Assembly (NCBI GenBank): GCA_964035545.1
Contig: OZ037766.1
Span: 14,560,722-14,624,721 of the forward strand
Length of the DNA: 64,000 nucleotides
DNA from: Bugula neritina
Lineage: Eukaryota; Animalia; Bryozoa
Reading direction: 5' to 3'
Made by a program: the position numbers and the translations under genes. Of this stretch, positions 29,033 to 41,300 are shown piece by piece. Under the pieces are notes generated by a model. It made no database searches. It was given only the letters and a program-made list of their open reading frames with translations, and was not told the DNA's origin. Within the stretch, counting starts at the first letter, position 1. Every line of letters starts with the position of its first letter.

Positions 29033-29859
29033 ATTTACGGCAGCTTTCAGTCTAATAATGTTGTGCTGGTTGCATATACAGATTAGCATATTCACATTAT
29101 ATTACTCTGGTGGCTTGGAAACTAAAGTAAATCTAACGCTAAATAAAATGATTAAAAGGCATCATTAAAATGTGCCATTCTTTTTTATTACTGTATTTTC
29201 TTATAAATTATATTTGGTTAATTTTTTTACCAACCAGGGCTTTTCAACTGCTGTTTATAATTGGTCTCCAATAACCCTAAACACTGAAGTATAAGTTTGA
29301 GGTCTGGACTTCAAATCTTGGCTTTGACTGGTTATAATAATTATCTAAACTTATGCAATTGAAAGAAATATATTAGCTATAAGTATAGTGAAGAAGTATC
29401 AATAGCTTAAATTCTATAATTTTGTCATTTACTTTTATTATGGAATGTAGGTTAAAAATCCTTAAATAACTTTTTTTTGTAAGAATTTTCTTATCTAAAA
29501 CACAGGCTTTTTCAAAATTGCTCAACCCTGCACCCTCTCAATAGCATAGCAGGTATATACACTATATGAATATGTTGCTTCTACACTGTATGTAATATAA
29601 AAAAATTATTTAGCTTTGTTTTTAAGCATTTCATTACAATTTTTGAAACATTAATTATTAGATTATTATATTTTTTTAATATATAAACGGAATCATACTA
29701 AGCAAATTACTAACTATCACTGACACCAGTCAATTAACCGAAATGGTTTGCAACCATAATAAAAAAATATGTTAAAAAGCTGTTTTAAATCACCATATGT
29801 AGGTCACGAAACCCAGTCCTAACCTCCCCCACCTGATTGTAGTGCTAATAATTATATTG

Positions 29860-32800
29860 TTATATTGCCATTCCCATGAATTCTCCCAAAACTGCATATC
29901 TGTCACCAGTTGTACGGTTTGCACCCTTCATGCTGTTCTTCTCTAAGTCACTCACATATCTACAAAGTATTGTAAAAAATGTGCATGTAGATAGCAATAA
30001 AACAGCAAGCTTATCTGACACAATTAAGGCCAACAACTTCTACTTTTAGAATATGCATGGCTTTTGTTGTGATGTTATGTTCTTTTAGCTTAAAAGTTAT
30101 GATGTAAATTTTTGTTATAATTATAATAATATAAGAATAGATATAAGATAGTACAGTGATGAATTGTGTATATTTGTAAAGGATAAATATAATATAAAAA
30201 AATGATAGTAGAAAAAATAAACAGCATACACTGTAGAAGAAGCAAATTCAAATAATATAATGAAATAATACATTACAGCCCAGTGTACAGAGTTTAATTG
30301 CTTTAATTAGATTTTTTTATATTTATTTTATAATCTGCAAAAAAGCAGACACAGAGTTATTTTCTCTTGTAAAGATGTTGATGTGTCTGAAATTACAGCA
30401 GTTGTGAAAACAAGTTGTTTACAAATTTCTAGATAAAAAAATAATACTCTTTGAGTTGCTAAAACTTTCCAAAAACCTAAAAAAAATCTTATATAACTGT
30501 CAACCATTCATGGCTCGGTGCCTCGACTAGCTACAGTGCTATTGCGCCATAGGCCCTGTCATTTTGTTTATTTTTTCTCAATTAATTTTTTTCCCCGACT
30601 GCGACAAAATAAAAACAAACAAACAAACAAACAAGCACTATGCTAAAAATAGCTATAGAAGATAATTGCAAAATATTAAATTATTTTTTACTCCTTGACT
30701 TCAGTCTACGTAAACTACAACCGTTTACCCTTGATGAGTGCAGTATAAACAAACTCAAGTAATATTTGAGAAGACCTGTTAGTCTAAATTGCTTTATAAT
30801 TTATAAGAAATTCAACAATGGAAAAGTTGGTTTCAAGACAATCTTGTTTTCTCAGGAAGACATTTAGATCATACAAGTGTAGACATACTTAGCTGCAGGT
30901 GGAGTACGTCCAAACTCCATAGCTATAGTTCTAGTGTATGTAGGGCAATTGCCACAACACATGCCAACGTAATTTACTCCAATGTCTTTAAGTTCTTTTG
31001 CATACCATTCAAGATCCGAACTACCTGAGAGTAATATAAAAGCATTAAAATATCATATTGTGGTCATTTTCCCTTCATTATATATTTCACATAATGCTCA
31101 AATATTAATTGCCTGGCCCAGGACCATAATATATATTAAGCTAAATAACTTAAGTAAGCCAGTACCTATTCTTAAAGCTATTTTGTTTTACAATTAGATA
31201 ACTTTGGTAACCAGCATCATAGTCATTTGATTAAAATTTCAGCACTTTTACAGCTATTGTAGGTATCATATAAGAGGTGATTTTTATTGAATTAACTTAT
31301 AAGAATGACACATGTCCTCGGTCAAACTTTAATCAACAAATGCTGGAATTGTAGTTTTGGTTTAAAACTATTATATTTTCTTGTACTATTATACAGAAAT
31401 ACTAGATTGAATAATATAGAGTCTTATACTGTACCTAAGCAGTGTGCCAACAAGTTCATTGGAAATGACTTGACTCCAGTCCTTGGATGTTTGAGCATGT
31501 ACCAAGTACATTCTTCTTCCGTAGTTTTATATCCCAGGCATACACAAGCCAAAGGTCCCTAAAACAAACACATGCTTATCTGCTTTCTCAAGTGCCTTGT
31601 AGCAAAAGAAGTCAAAATAATAGCTGTTGAAAATGAATTATTGCAAAAAACAGTTTCTTTTTATCAGAAAATACTTTAATATGAAAGTGTTGCAAACTTA
31701 TTTTACTCTTATTTATATAAAAAACAAAATCGGATTATGTTTTACTTTGATTTGTTTCCTGATGTCTCTGATCAGAGGAATAATAGTCTCTGGACCTCTG
31801 GCACAGTTCAGGCCGACACACGCTGCGCCCTCATCCTCCAACAGTTTTAGCGCATCGCCAAGTTTGTACCCGTCAAATGTTTTCATCTCTCCACTGAAGT
31901 CTACAGGTGCTAGTGTTATCACCGCTGGTATATCTGTTGTAACAAGTACCAGATACATCATTGTATATAAACCTTCTGTAGACATGCCTTTAACAAACAT
32001 CTAACAAATTTAATGTTCTCATGCATGTAGAATACAGAAAGAAATCTGACTACCAAAATTAGGCTAGAGCTCAAGCAACTGCAATTAAATTTAGTATATA
32101 GCTAAAATACAAAATTATATAGATTTTGCAAAACCAAACTAGTCAGAAAAATTTATACAAATGGCATTACTTTACCAAACTATTTCAGAGTAATACTTTA
32201 AAAAACGTTGTGGTGTATAAAATAGTTTTATGCCAAATTAAATTTTGTACATTTTTAAATGTTTCCGGCTGTTGTTGAAGAGTGTTTTGGGATTTTTGTC
32301 TTGAATTATTTTTATTTACTAAGTGGGAAGAAAACAATGAACCCAGCAAAAGTGGCATTACTAGCTTCAGATTATATATAAATTTTAGGCTAGTAAAGAT
32401 GGTGTAACACAATTAGACTACCTAAAGTCTATAATATAAACAATTAGTAGGTAAATAGTTGACTTACTAAACTCTTTGCAAACTTTGAGAGCGATGGAGG
32501 CCTCACCATAGTCCCAGAGCGTCTCAATACAAATATAGTCTACATCATATTTAGCACTGAATGCAATCTGCTCCTACAGTGTCCACATATCCATGTACAG
32601 TTATATATGTGTACTCAACATAATGCTTTTACTTTATATCATATACTGATAATATATACATATACATGAGTAACATACACATATACATTGGTAAAATTAA
32701 AATAATTATAAATGTTTTATTAGCTTCCTAGAAAGTGAAGAGAAAATGCATGAATATGATGTTGCTAATATTTCAAAACTACAAAATTTTAAGCAATCAT

Positions 32801-34987
32801 TGCAAGTGATTTACTTTACTTGTTAAAAAATAGAAGGAGTTGCAAAAAGCTACAAGAAATTTTTAACATTTTTTATTCTCAAACTTCCATTGATTACAAG
32901 TCTTAGTTAAAATATAAAAAACTTGTCATTTTTATAATTTTGTTTTCAAAACAAAGTCATGTGTGCACACCCCCAGCACTTTCCTCCCGTGTTATGCAAA
33001 GTTTTTTCCACATTGTAGTTTCTGCAAAAAGTGCGGAAAGCTGCTTTATGTAAAGAATGTAACTTTAGGTGCAATCCTTAAAATAAGTAATCAACCATTA
33101 TTTTTAAAGTACACTGCATGTAAAATACTAGTATGCAATTATATTGTATTAAATCCCTAAATCTTTTGAGTTGCTTAGGGATGGGAAAGTCTAGTGAGAC
33201 TTTTATCTCTAAGTTCAAACATGTCGTGTATAGTGTGCACATAGAAAGGTTTACCAAGAAGATAATAGAATAATGTAAAGATAAGTTATCACTGTTCGTA
33301 AGTAAGAGTTCAAATAAAAAACTGTTACAGAATCAGTTAAGCTGAAACTAAAGCTAATGGAAGTTCACTGCAGTTTTGCATCCTTAAAATTAACCATATA
33401 GCAAGTTATAGATAGCAAAAATAATGTCGGTTCAGAATTGCTCCTCTGTCACTTTGAAGCTCCCACACCATATTATTAGCAAAATTGGAGACAAAGTTTA
33501 TAGCTTACATGAAAACTTGTCCAATGAGAGCTTTTTTAAAAATTGTGTATTTTATATTTACAGTGTCAAGACTAAGAACAGCTCCATATCAAAGATAGTT
33601 TACCCTGAGGAGTTCTTCACATTTCTGCATTTTCTCAGGGCTGTTTGGATCGTAGACATTAGTAGTGCCAACTCCACTGCAGAATAACACTCCTGTCTCC
33701 TCTGCTACCTACAAGGTTGATAGAATATGTTGATGGTGTCTCACAATATGATCGTATAAGTGAGCTGCAGGCTCACCATTACAAACACTCTCTGATCTTA
33801 GCTGGCATTGCAGCTGAGATGAAGCTAATGTTGATAGTTGGTTGAGAATGATGAGTCGATAATAAAGTCAAAGTATTCATAGCAAAATATAACAATAAAC
33901 TGACATTACAGAGATAAATATTATAATAATAAATAGCAATAAATATTGTAAACATAATATCATAAAATAGTAATATAAAGTAAAAGGAAGAAAATTTTTT
34001 AGCTCTTCTACAAAACTCTCACTTGACATTATGGACATAACATTACCTTTTTAGCAATTTCGTGTGCTCGCTGGTTAAGCGTCTCAAACTCAGTTTCTCT
34101 TCCAATATCTTTCATCTTCTCTCTGTGGCTATAATACTGCAACAAACAATGAATAGTTATATAGCTCATGAAATCCTTTCTGCAGAAATCTTGTTACTGG
34201 AATTAATGAACTTGGCACTCTTACAGTGAAGGCTTGACACATATCAGCACCAGCATATACAAGCTCTCTAGCTAGCTCTTCTACCTTCTCTGGCTTGTCT
34301 AACACCACCTGTAAACACAGCATAATAATTTAGTATGATGCATTGTTTGTTTGTTTGTTTGTTTTTATTTTGTCGCAGTCGGGGGGGGGGGGGGGGGGGG
34401 GGGAAATTAATTGAGAAAAAATAAACAAAATGACAGGGCCTATGGCGCAATAGCACTGTAGCTAGTCGAGGCACCGAGCCATGAAAATGCATGCATGCAT
34501 ATTGCTAATAAATTAGAAGTGCCGTACAGTAATAACTATAAAATAACACATTTCCTACCATTTCTTAGGTTACACAGTCAACTGCTATGAAACACAAGTA
34601 CAAATAGTATAAAGCATTAAAAACATGCAATAGAATGCAATGAGATTCACCTCTGGTACAAAGCTGCCGAATTTGCAATAGCCTCTTCTCTCCAGCTCCA
34701 TAATGTAGCCTTCTGCTGCTATCACTACCTCCCCATCTTTGAATCGATCTAGGAGTCCTATAAAAGTTTCACCAACAATTATTTTGTCATTCGAAATATA
34801 TTGTTTTGTCATATGAAATGCAACAACCGGATAAAGTTGCAGTATATAACCTCATAATAATATAATTAGAGATTCACACTCAAGTCATGTCTTTAAAAAG
34901 GCTCTGAACTACAACTGATAGAAACACACGAACGGCCGGCCTTTTTACTTTTAAAAAGACAAGTTTACCTTTCTTTTGTGATGACAT
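29860..34987 (-). CDS. BHMT: Betaine-homocysteine S-methyltransferase family protein
   Basis: Exons (approx.): 34987-34969 (MSSQKK), 34758-34650 ([36 protein letters not shown]), 34308-34225 ([10 protein letters not shown]), 34131-34047, 33707-33604, 32574-32468 (IETL), 31936-31746 (VGLNCARGP), 31558-31434, 31024-30889 (YVGMCCG), 29960-29860 (TAA). The three Zn-ligand cysteines are present. Confidence 0.88.
30507..30634 (+). mobile_element. Short retroposon-like repeat with (AAAC)n tail, copy 1
   Basis: TTCATGGCTCGGTGCCTCGACTAGCTACAGTGCTATTGCGCCATAGGCCCTGTC...CCCCGACTGCGACAAAATAAAAACAAACAAAC. It is near-identical to the inverted copy at 34343-34485. Confidence 0.75.
34343..34485 (-). mobile_element. 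Short retroposon-like repeat with (AAAC)n tail, copy 2 (long G run on + strand)
   Basis: Reverse complement of 30507-30634 with the same 5' boundary. It is flanked by ATGCA on both sides (possible TSD). Confidence 0.75.
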
Positions 34988-35125
34988 GTTGTAGGGAGTG
35001 CTTCGTCCTGTCAACAATTTAGTCAAGATAGGTAAGATGTGCTACACCAGTCACTTAACTCACAATTTTCTATAGTACAGCAGAATGATATGAACCTTTC
35101 ATACTGGCTAAAACTGGATACAAAC

Positions 35126-35325
35126 TAGGGCTGAGCCGATCAGTGAATAATTACTTGAATGCAATTTTATCTTTCGTTATGTTGAATGTGAACTAATTAT
35201 TGATGAGTGAACAAGAAAAAAGCAAGGAAAACTGATTAGGATTGGTTTTAATATCCGTGAAAAACTTAAACAACTCAAGTATCCAATACAAACATTGCGG
35301 CTAGTTCTCAATCGGCCCAGCTCTA
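35126..35325. mobile_element. hAT-like MITE upstream of BHMT
   Basis: TIRs TAGGGCTGAGCCGAT and ATCGGCCCAGCTCTA (13/15 match). No clean TSD. Confidence 0.55.
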
Positions 35326-35949
35326 GTACATGATTATGCTTATCTACAATATAATATGTATACAGCTAATGCCAACAAAACAACAGTGATATGCTTGCTC
35401 TTTATTGTGCCAATATTTTTGTTTTTAGTTAATAAAAAAACTTTTCTTTAGAGTTTGGCATAATGATGGAGTTTAATTAATTTGTTCTACCCCTTTCAAC
35501 ATCACCACAACCATTTAGTTCATATGTACATATTTGCTTACTGTCGAGTATATTGAATGCACATCATCCCCTTGTACAAATTTAAAATAATTTTAAAGAA
35601 AATTGGCTTATAATTGTCAAAAATATTCCCATATGTGTTTACTAGTGTTTTTATTTTATGTGCAGATTTTGGTTTAAACAGCAAAACTTATTATATGACT
35701 GCGTGTCCATAAATACATTTACATTATAAAGTTTTGAATGTAAGTTATTTGAAAAGTATGTTATTGCTATAAAATATTAGTTGCATTAGTTTATAGCTGG
35801 CTCATGTATTTTATAGTCAACTCAAAAATATAGTATAATATCCTGTACCTGAAATTTATTTTTAAAATGGTATAGCTTTACGGTAATGCAATAGGTTGAA
35901 GCTTTACTGGATGTGCGACCATATATATGATTATGCTCTGTATAGATGC

Positions 35950-36090
35950 GGTTACTATTACTTCTGATGCTCCCCTGCTACTAATACTAGTAATACTTTT
36001 AGTATTACTAGTAATAATAGGGTTAATAGTGCTACTAGCACTACTATTATTGCTATTAGAACTACTACTAGTATTAATAGTGGTTTGACT
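35950..36090. repeat. Low-complexity (ACT/AGT/ATT) repeat
   Basis: Trinucleotide-like low-complexity tract that produces two spurious ORFs. Confidence 0.7.
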
Positions 36091-38304
36091 AAAATGCATA
36101 GTTTTAAAATATGTAGACATATTATGATAATAATTCGTCTACGAGTTGTGACTAGAATATTATCAAAAGCTGTTGTCAAACATTGATAAGCCTTGATAGT
36201 TTATCAAAGGTTTTCACTGGTTTTACTGCATATTGCTACATATGCAAAGACTATGAGCACATCTCTAGGTGTTTATAGCTAGCTCTTTATCAATACATAC
36301 ATTGCTTGCTAACAAAATAAGTGTAGACTTTGCATATTATGTGCCCTTGAGTTAAACTTCATAATGAAAAACTTTTGCTAAAAGATTTTAACTCTATTTT
36401 GTTCCAAATTGAAACTAAGCCATAGAAATACAAAGTTTAATGAGAACAATTTCCATTGAGATTCCTGGTTAAAAAGCTTTTTTAAAAGTCAGCTTGCATG
36501 TATATGATTAATGTAGGCGGTAATTTTTTTTTATGAACCATTTTTGAAAAACAAGACATATATTTTGCTCAAATTAACTAAACCAATACTTTTTATTTAT
36601 ATATGGAGATTATAATTTTTTTTAAGTGTGTCATCATTAGCTGCAATTTATGTTATTTTAGTTTTGATTTTATAACTGCTTTAGACTAAACAATTGTGCT
36701 GGTGCTATATTATAACGATATTTCAAACTTTGTGCACTCTACCTTAGATTTTTCAGAAGCCTATTTTTTTGTTTAATTCAAGCAAAATTGAAATGATTTA
36801 ACCGGGTTTTAATATGTAAAATAATCTTAGCGTTGGCTATTTAGTTTTAAGAACTTAGTCAAATCAGTTTCACAGCTAGATCTGTTTTCCAAAACTTCCT
36901 AAGTTACACATAGTTCCCTTTCAATGATAATCAAGCCACATTATAACTAAATTATCTAATATTGGAGTTGTCACCCTATGACTCCGTAAAATTTTATTAC
37001 AACTCTTACTACATATTATCATGTTCACTGTCAACAACCAACAACTCTGTAATTGCATGGTTTAAGAATATTTTTCTAACAAGCTATCATATACAACGTA
37101 CAGTGATTATGCAATAATAGTAGTATCTTGGCAGATAGCTCCAATACAAAAAATACACAGGAATAGACTATTTTATGTACAGTGCGCAGTAGTTATAAAT
37201 ATCAGCATTATATGAGTTACATATTTTTTATTCAATATTTCAATTTTTTTAAGTTATCAAATTTTAGGCTAGTAATAATGCAAGGTGTAAACTGGTGAAA
37301 ACAGATATGTTCACACAAGGAGTTGTCTTATTTCTGTTAGGATCTGTTTAGCTTTACCTCCATATCCAAAGAACACTATTTATAATTTACTGAGAAATAC
37401 TACTGATCATTCCATTCAACTCTTTTAAAGACTGTAGACTCCAAAAATCTGATCCTATCTATAACATAGTTACAGCTTGTACATCCTTGTTGAACTACGG
37501 TAATTGATTACTTTTCATTTGCTAAGCTGCAAACTTGTTCCAGCTTAACACTTATACTCACTAATGATTACATGGAACAAGAACTAATTCATCATATGCA
37601 AGTTGTATAATTTACAAATTCTTCAGATGTGTCATTTTTGTTAGCCTAAACCATAAACCTAAATACAGGTTGGTTACTAAATAACTATATCTCTCATCAA
37701 AAGTATGTATGTGCGGTGAACTTTGCTGAAGATCACCTGAGTAATCACAAGAGCATATGAAAAGTTTTTTCTCAAAAAGTATAGTAGTGATAATGTGGCT
37801 ATGCATTTAGATGCCAGGCTCTAAATTTTAATGACTAAACTATGGTAAAATAAATTACATAATGTAATTAATTCTACTTTGATAAATTTGAGCATTTATC
37901 AAAGGTTAATTACTTTTGCAGCCATAAATAATATTATAGGATTACATGAATATGTTGCAAATCTTTACTGTAAAATGTATATTTACACCAGTTGATTTAT
38001 GTTTAGTTTTAGTGTATGCAGTATTATGCAATCAAACGATAAATAATTATGAATTAATAATAAAGCAAAAGTACACAGTTTTATAAGATAATATACATAT
38101 CTACATAACAGCTACAATGTCTGCAACTGATATTCTACAAACATTGAAGAAAAAAAATTTAGGAAAAAAAATTATATGCATAATAATATGTAATAATAAT
38201 TTTACAATAATATAATGACTGCATGAGTATGTAATGCTGTATATCAGCGTCTGAGTAGTTGTACCATCAGTAAGTGAAGGCATACAGAATTGTCAGCACA
38301 TAGA

Positions 38305-41300
38305 CTAATAAGAAAGCCAAGAGCGCTGAGAAGCAGTCTGATTGGTCCGCAATCCATGGTAACGCTGCCAATATTTAGTCAGCACCGATCTGAGATCTTG
38401 TTGATCTTTCGATTCGGGCTCTTCTACTTCTCTGTAACAACACAATCGTGTTAAGAAGGACTTGAACCAACTAGGTATTAAAATTTTTTTATTAAAGTTT
38501 TTTAAGAACTATCTGTTAAGCGTTTCACCAACTGCTGATGAAGTCTCATTATCTATTAGTTTTGGTTACAACATATTGACCGCATATTAATTTAACTTTT
38601 GAAGCCAGTAATTGCTGGCATCACCATACTAAGAACTAAGCCTATGCACTTAAATATGAAAATAGTTATTACTAGTTTTGCTTCCATGTCATAATTTTAA
38701 GAGCTGGGCTTTTAAAAATTTATAAAAATTTTCTGGACTCTAGAAACTTGTTATTTGCTGAAATATTATATGCACTGCGATGCAGAGTAATTATTACTTA
38801 TATGTCATACACCCTTAATGAAATTATTTGGTTTTCAACAGAGTGGCCGTAGGTAGTACGTATGGTTTGACTGATATTTAGATTTTATACCAAATTACTT
38901 ACTTAGCAAGAAGTGTAATCTCTCTGATTATATAATAGTTTGTAGAATAAGGTCCAAAAGTAGTGATTCCATTTAGTGTTATATGCAGGCGATCTCCTGT
39001 TATTTCCTGTTCACTCTCGAAGTTCCAGGAAATGGAGAGATTATTTCTAAAGTTAAGACATAATTTATCATTATAAATAGCGCTAGTACGTAAAACTGCA
39101 TGGCTTATTAATTTCTTCCCTGCATTGTAATGATTATGAGATAGCAATATTACAAGTGCAGAATGAAACATCAAATACTTGTTAGAACAAGTCATGGCTT
39201 GTTAAGATATTTATATGAAAGAAGAATTTTTGCCATGTTATAAATCTGTAATAAACTTACTTATTCATTCCCAGATACTGCTGACAAACATCCGATTCTG
39301 AGCCACACTTTTCTTGCTGAACTGTAACAAGGGTTCTCATTGGACCATTTTTACTTGACAAACCAATAGAAAATCCTAATGGTACTGTTTCGAGTTGGAG
39401 GCTCAAAGCAGCTACCTGCAAACGATGATGATGGAATGAATTTTTACATTAAGTCATATATTTATATAGATTTATATAATACATTCATATTATATCCATA
39501 TATTACAAGCTAAGATACGTTTCGTATAATTTAGAGATTTAGCTTCCCTTTTAATAGAGAGGGTAACTCTCATCAGGGCAGTCTGCTGTAATTATTGTTT
39601 GTGAGTTTCCACAACAAATTCAAAACTATATAAAATAATGCTATCATGAGCATTAAACATAAATCAGCCCACACTAAATATAGCTTTTGCCCATTTTGAT
39701 CCATGTAGTTAAAAACCGAAGAGTTGGACAATCTATTAAGTGCATATATTGCAACACATCAAAGTGACTTTGACACAAAAAACATGATTTTCACCCCAAA
39801 ACTTGACTTTTTAGTATTACACTAAAACAGCCTAAATCACTTTGGAATTAATCTTAAATGCTTTGGCCTTTTTGGTAAATTTTAATTTTTATCAAGTGCA
39901 CTCAAACAACTACTGCTCTAACTAATAATGTGAAGATTATCACCTGGTACCATAGGCAAGCCATTACAACTTACAGATTTCGCAACAAAAGACAAATAAC
40001 TAGGATTACCTGTTTCAAAGCCCTATAAGTACCAATTAAACTATGAGCAGCTAATGATAATGACTCATACATATAAGGAAACTATTTTATATCTAAAACC
40101 CATCCTCTGTAATCTCTGTGCATGTCTTACTTACAGCATATGTGTTATGCAGGTCTATGTCAATATGAATATTCTTGCCCTCAATAATAGGGAAGGCCCA
40201 CACAGAGCTCAAATTACCATCAACTAATGCATGAGGACTCATTGTCACAATCAGGTCTTGTTCAAGTTCTTCTATAAAGGAAAGTTTGAAACATTCATTA
40301 TAAACATATTACGCTCTTTTTTCTTTTCGAAAAAGGAAAATAAACATAATTATATTTTTCTATTATAAGTCCGCAAAATATAAAAAGCTGCTATACGCAG
40401 TGAATAATTTGAAAGTAGACTGATTTTTATAAATATGCATCTTTTGTTAATTGTATACAAAAATATTTCTCATTTTGGCTTAATAAAATACTCAAACTAA
40501 AATATAAATAATTCACAATAATAAACTCCTTTATGTTAAAATGCAATATACTTATTAAAATAGTGCAAGTTATTGTAGTTTTATAAAGAAATATTGGTTT
40601 GATAGGAATATAAGTTTAGGTGCATTTGAAGCATTGATATTTGGGTCAGTAAAGCATATATATGAGTTGTGCAATAGGTGAATATTATTAGAACACTGAC
40701 CTTTTATTGGACATGAGTTAAATGTAATAGAATAGTCACATTCTGATCTCTGGCTTTTTGGATCAATCCACTTTTCATAGGTCAACTAAATATCGGAACA
40801 TACATTAGGGCACAGTTAGGGAGACAAACGAATGTTATATAAATAAAGTAATTAACTCTAAAAATAAATAGCAATAAAATATAATACTCAACCATTTGAT
40901 GTTTCATCTCCTAGTGGAGATGCCAATTACAATCCCTTCTAGTAGCATTTGTAATTTTCCTAGTAACTATGTCATTCTATTTTAGGAGAAATGACAATCG
41001 CGATCCCACCTAGAGGAGATGCCAAATGCAATCTTCCCTAGTAGAGATGTCAATTGGAAATTTCTACTGATTTTATGTGCTTGTTCTATATACCATGGAG
41101 ACTACACCTGGCCTGTCTGGGAGGAGACAACTTTAAAATACAAATGCTCTTAGAAGCTGTTTTAGCTTCACTTACGGTTGGTATGGTCTCAGCAAACTTC
41201 CAGAACTCTGCTAGACAGTTGAGACTTCCAGGTACAGATATCTCCTGCATCTTGGATTGCTTGGAGTTTCTGTATAACTGACTTGCTTTTCCAACTGTTG

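Noticed and set aside
35878-36179. Ser/Thr-rich and hydrophobic ORFs resembling mucin or TM proteins
   Set aside because: They are translations of a low-complexity trinucleotide tract.
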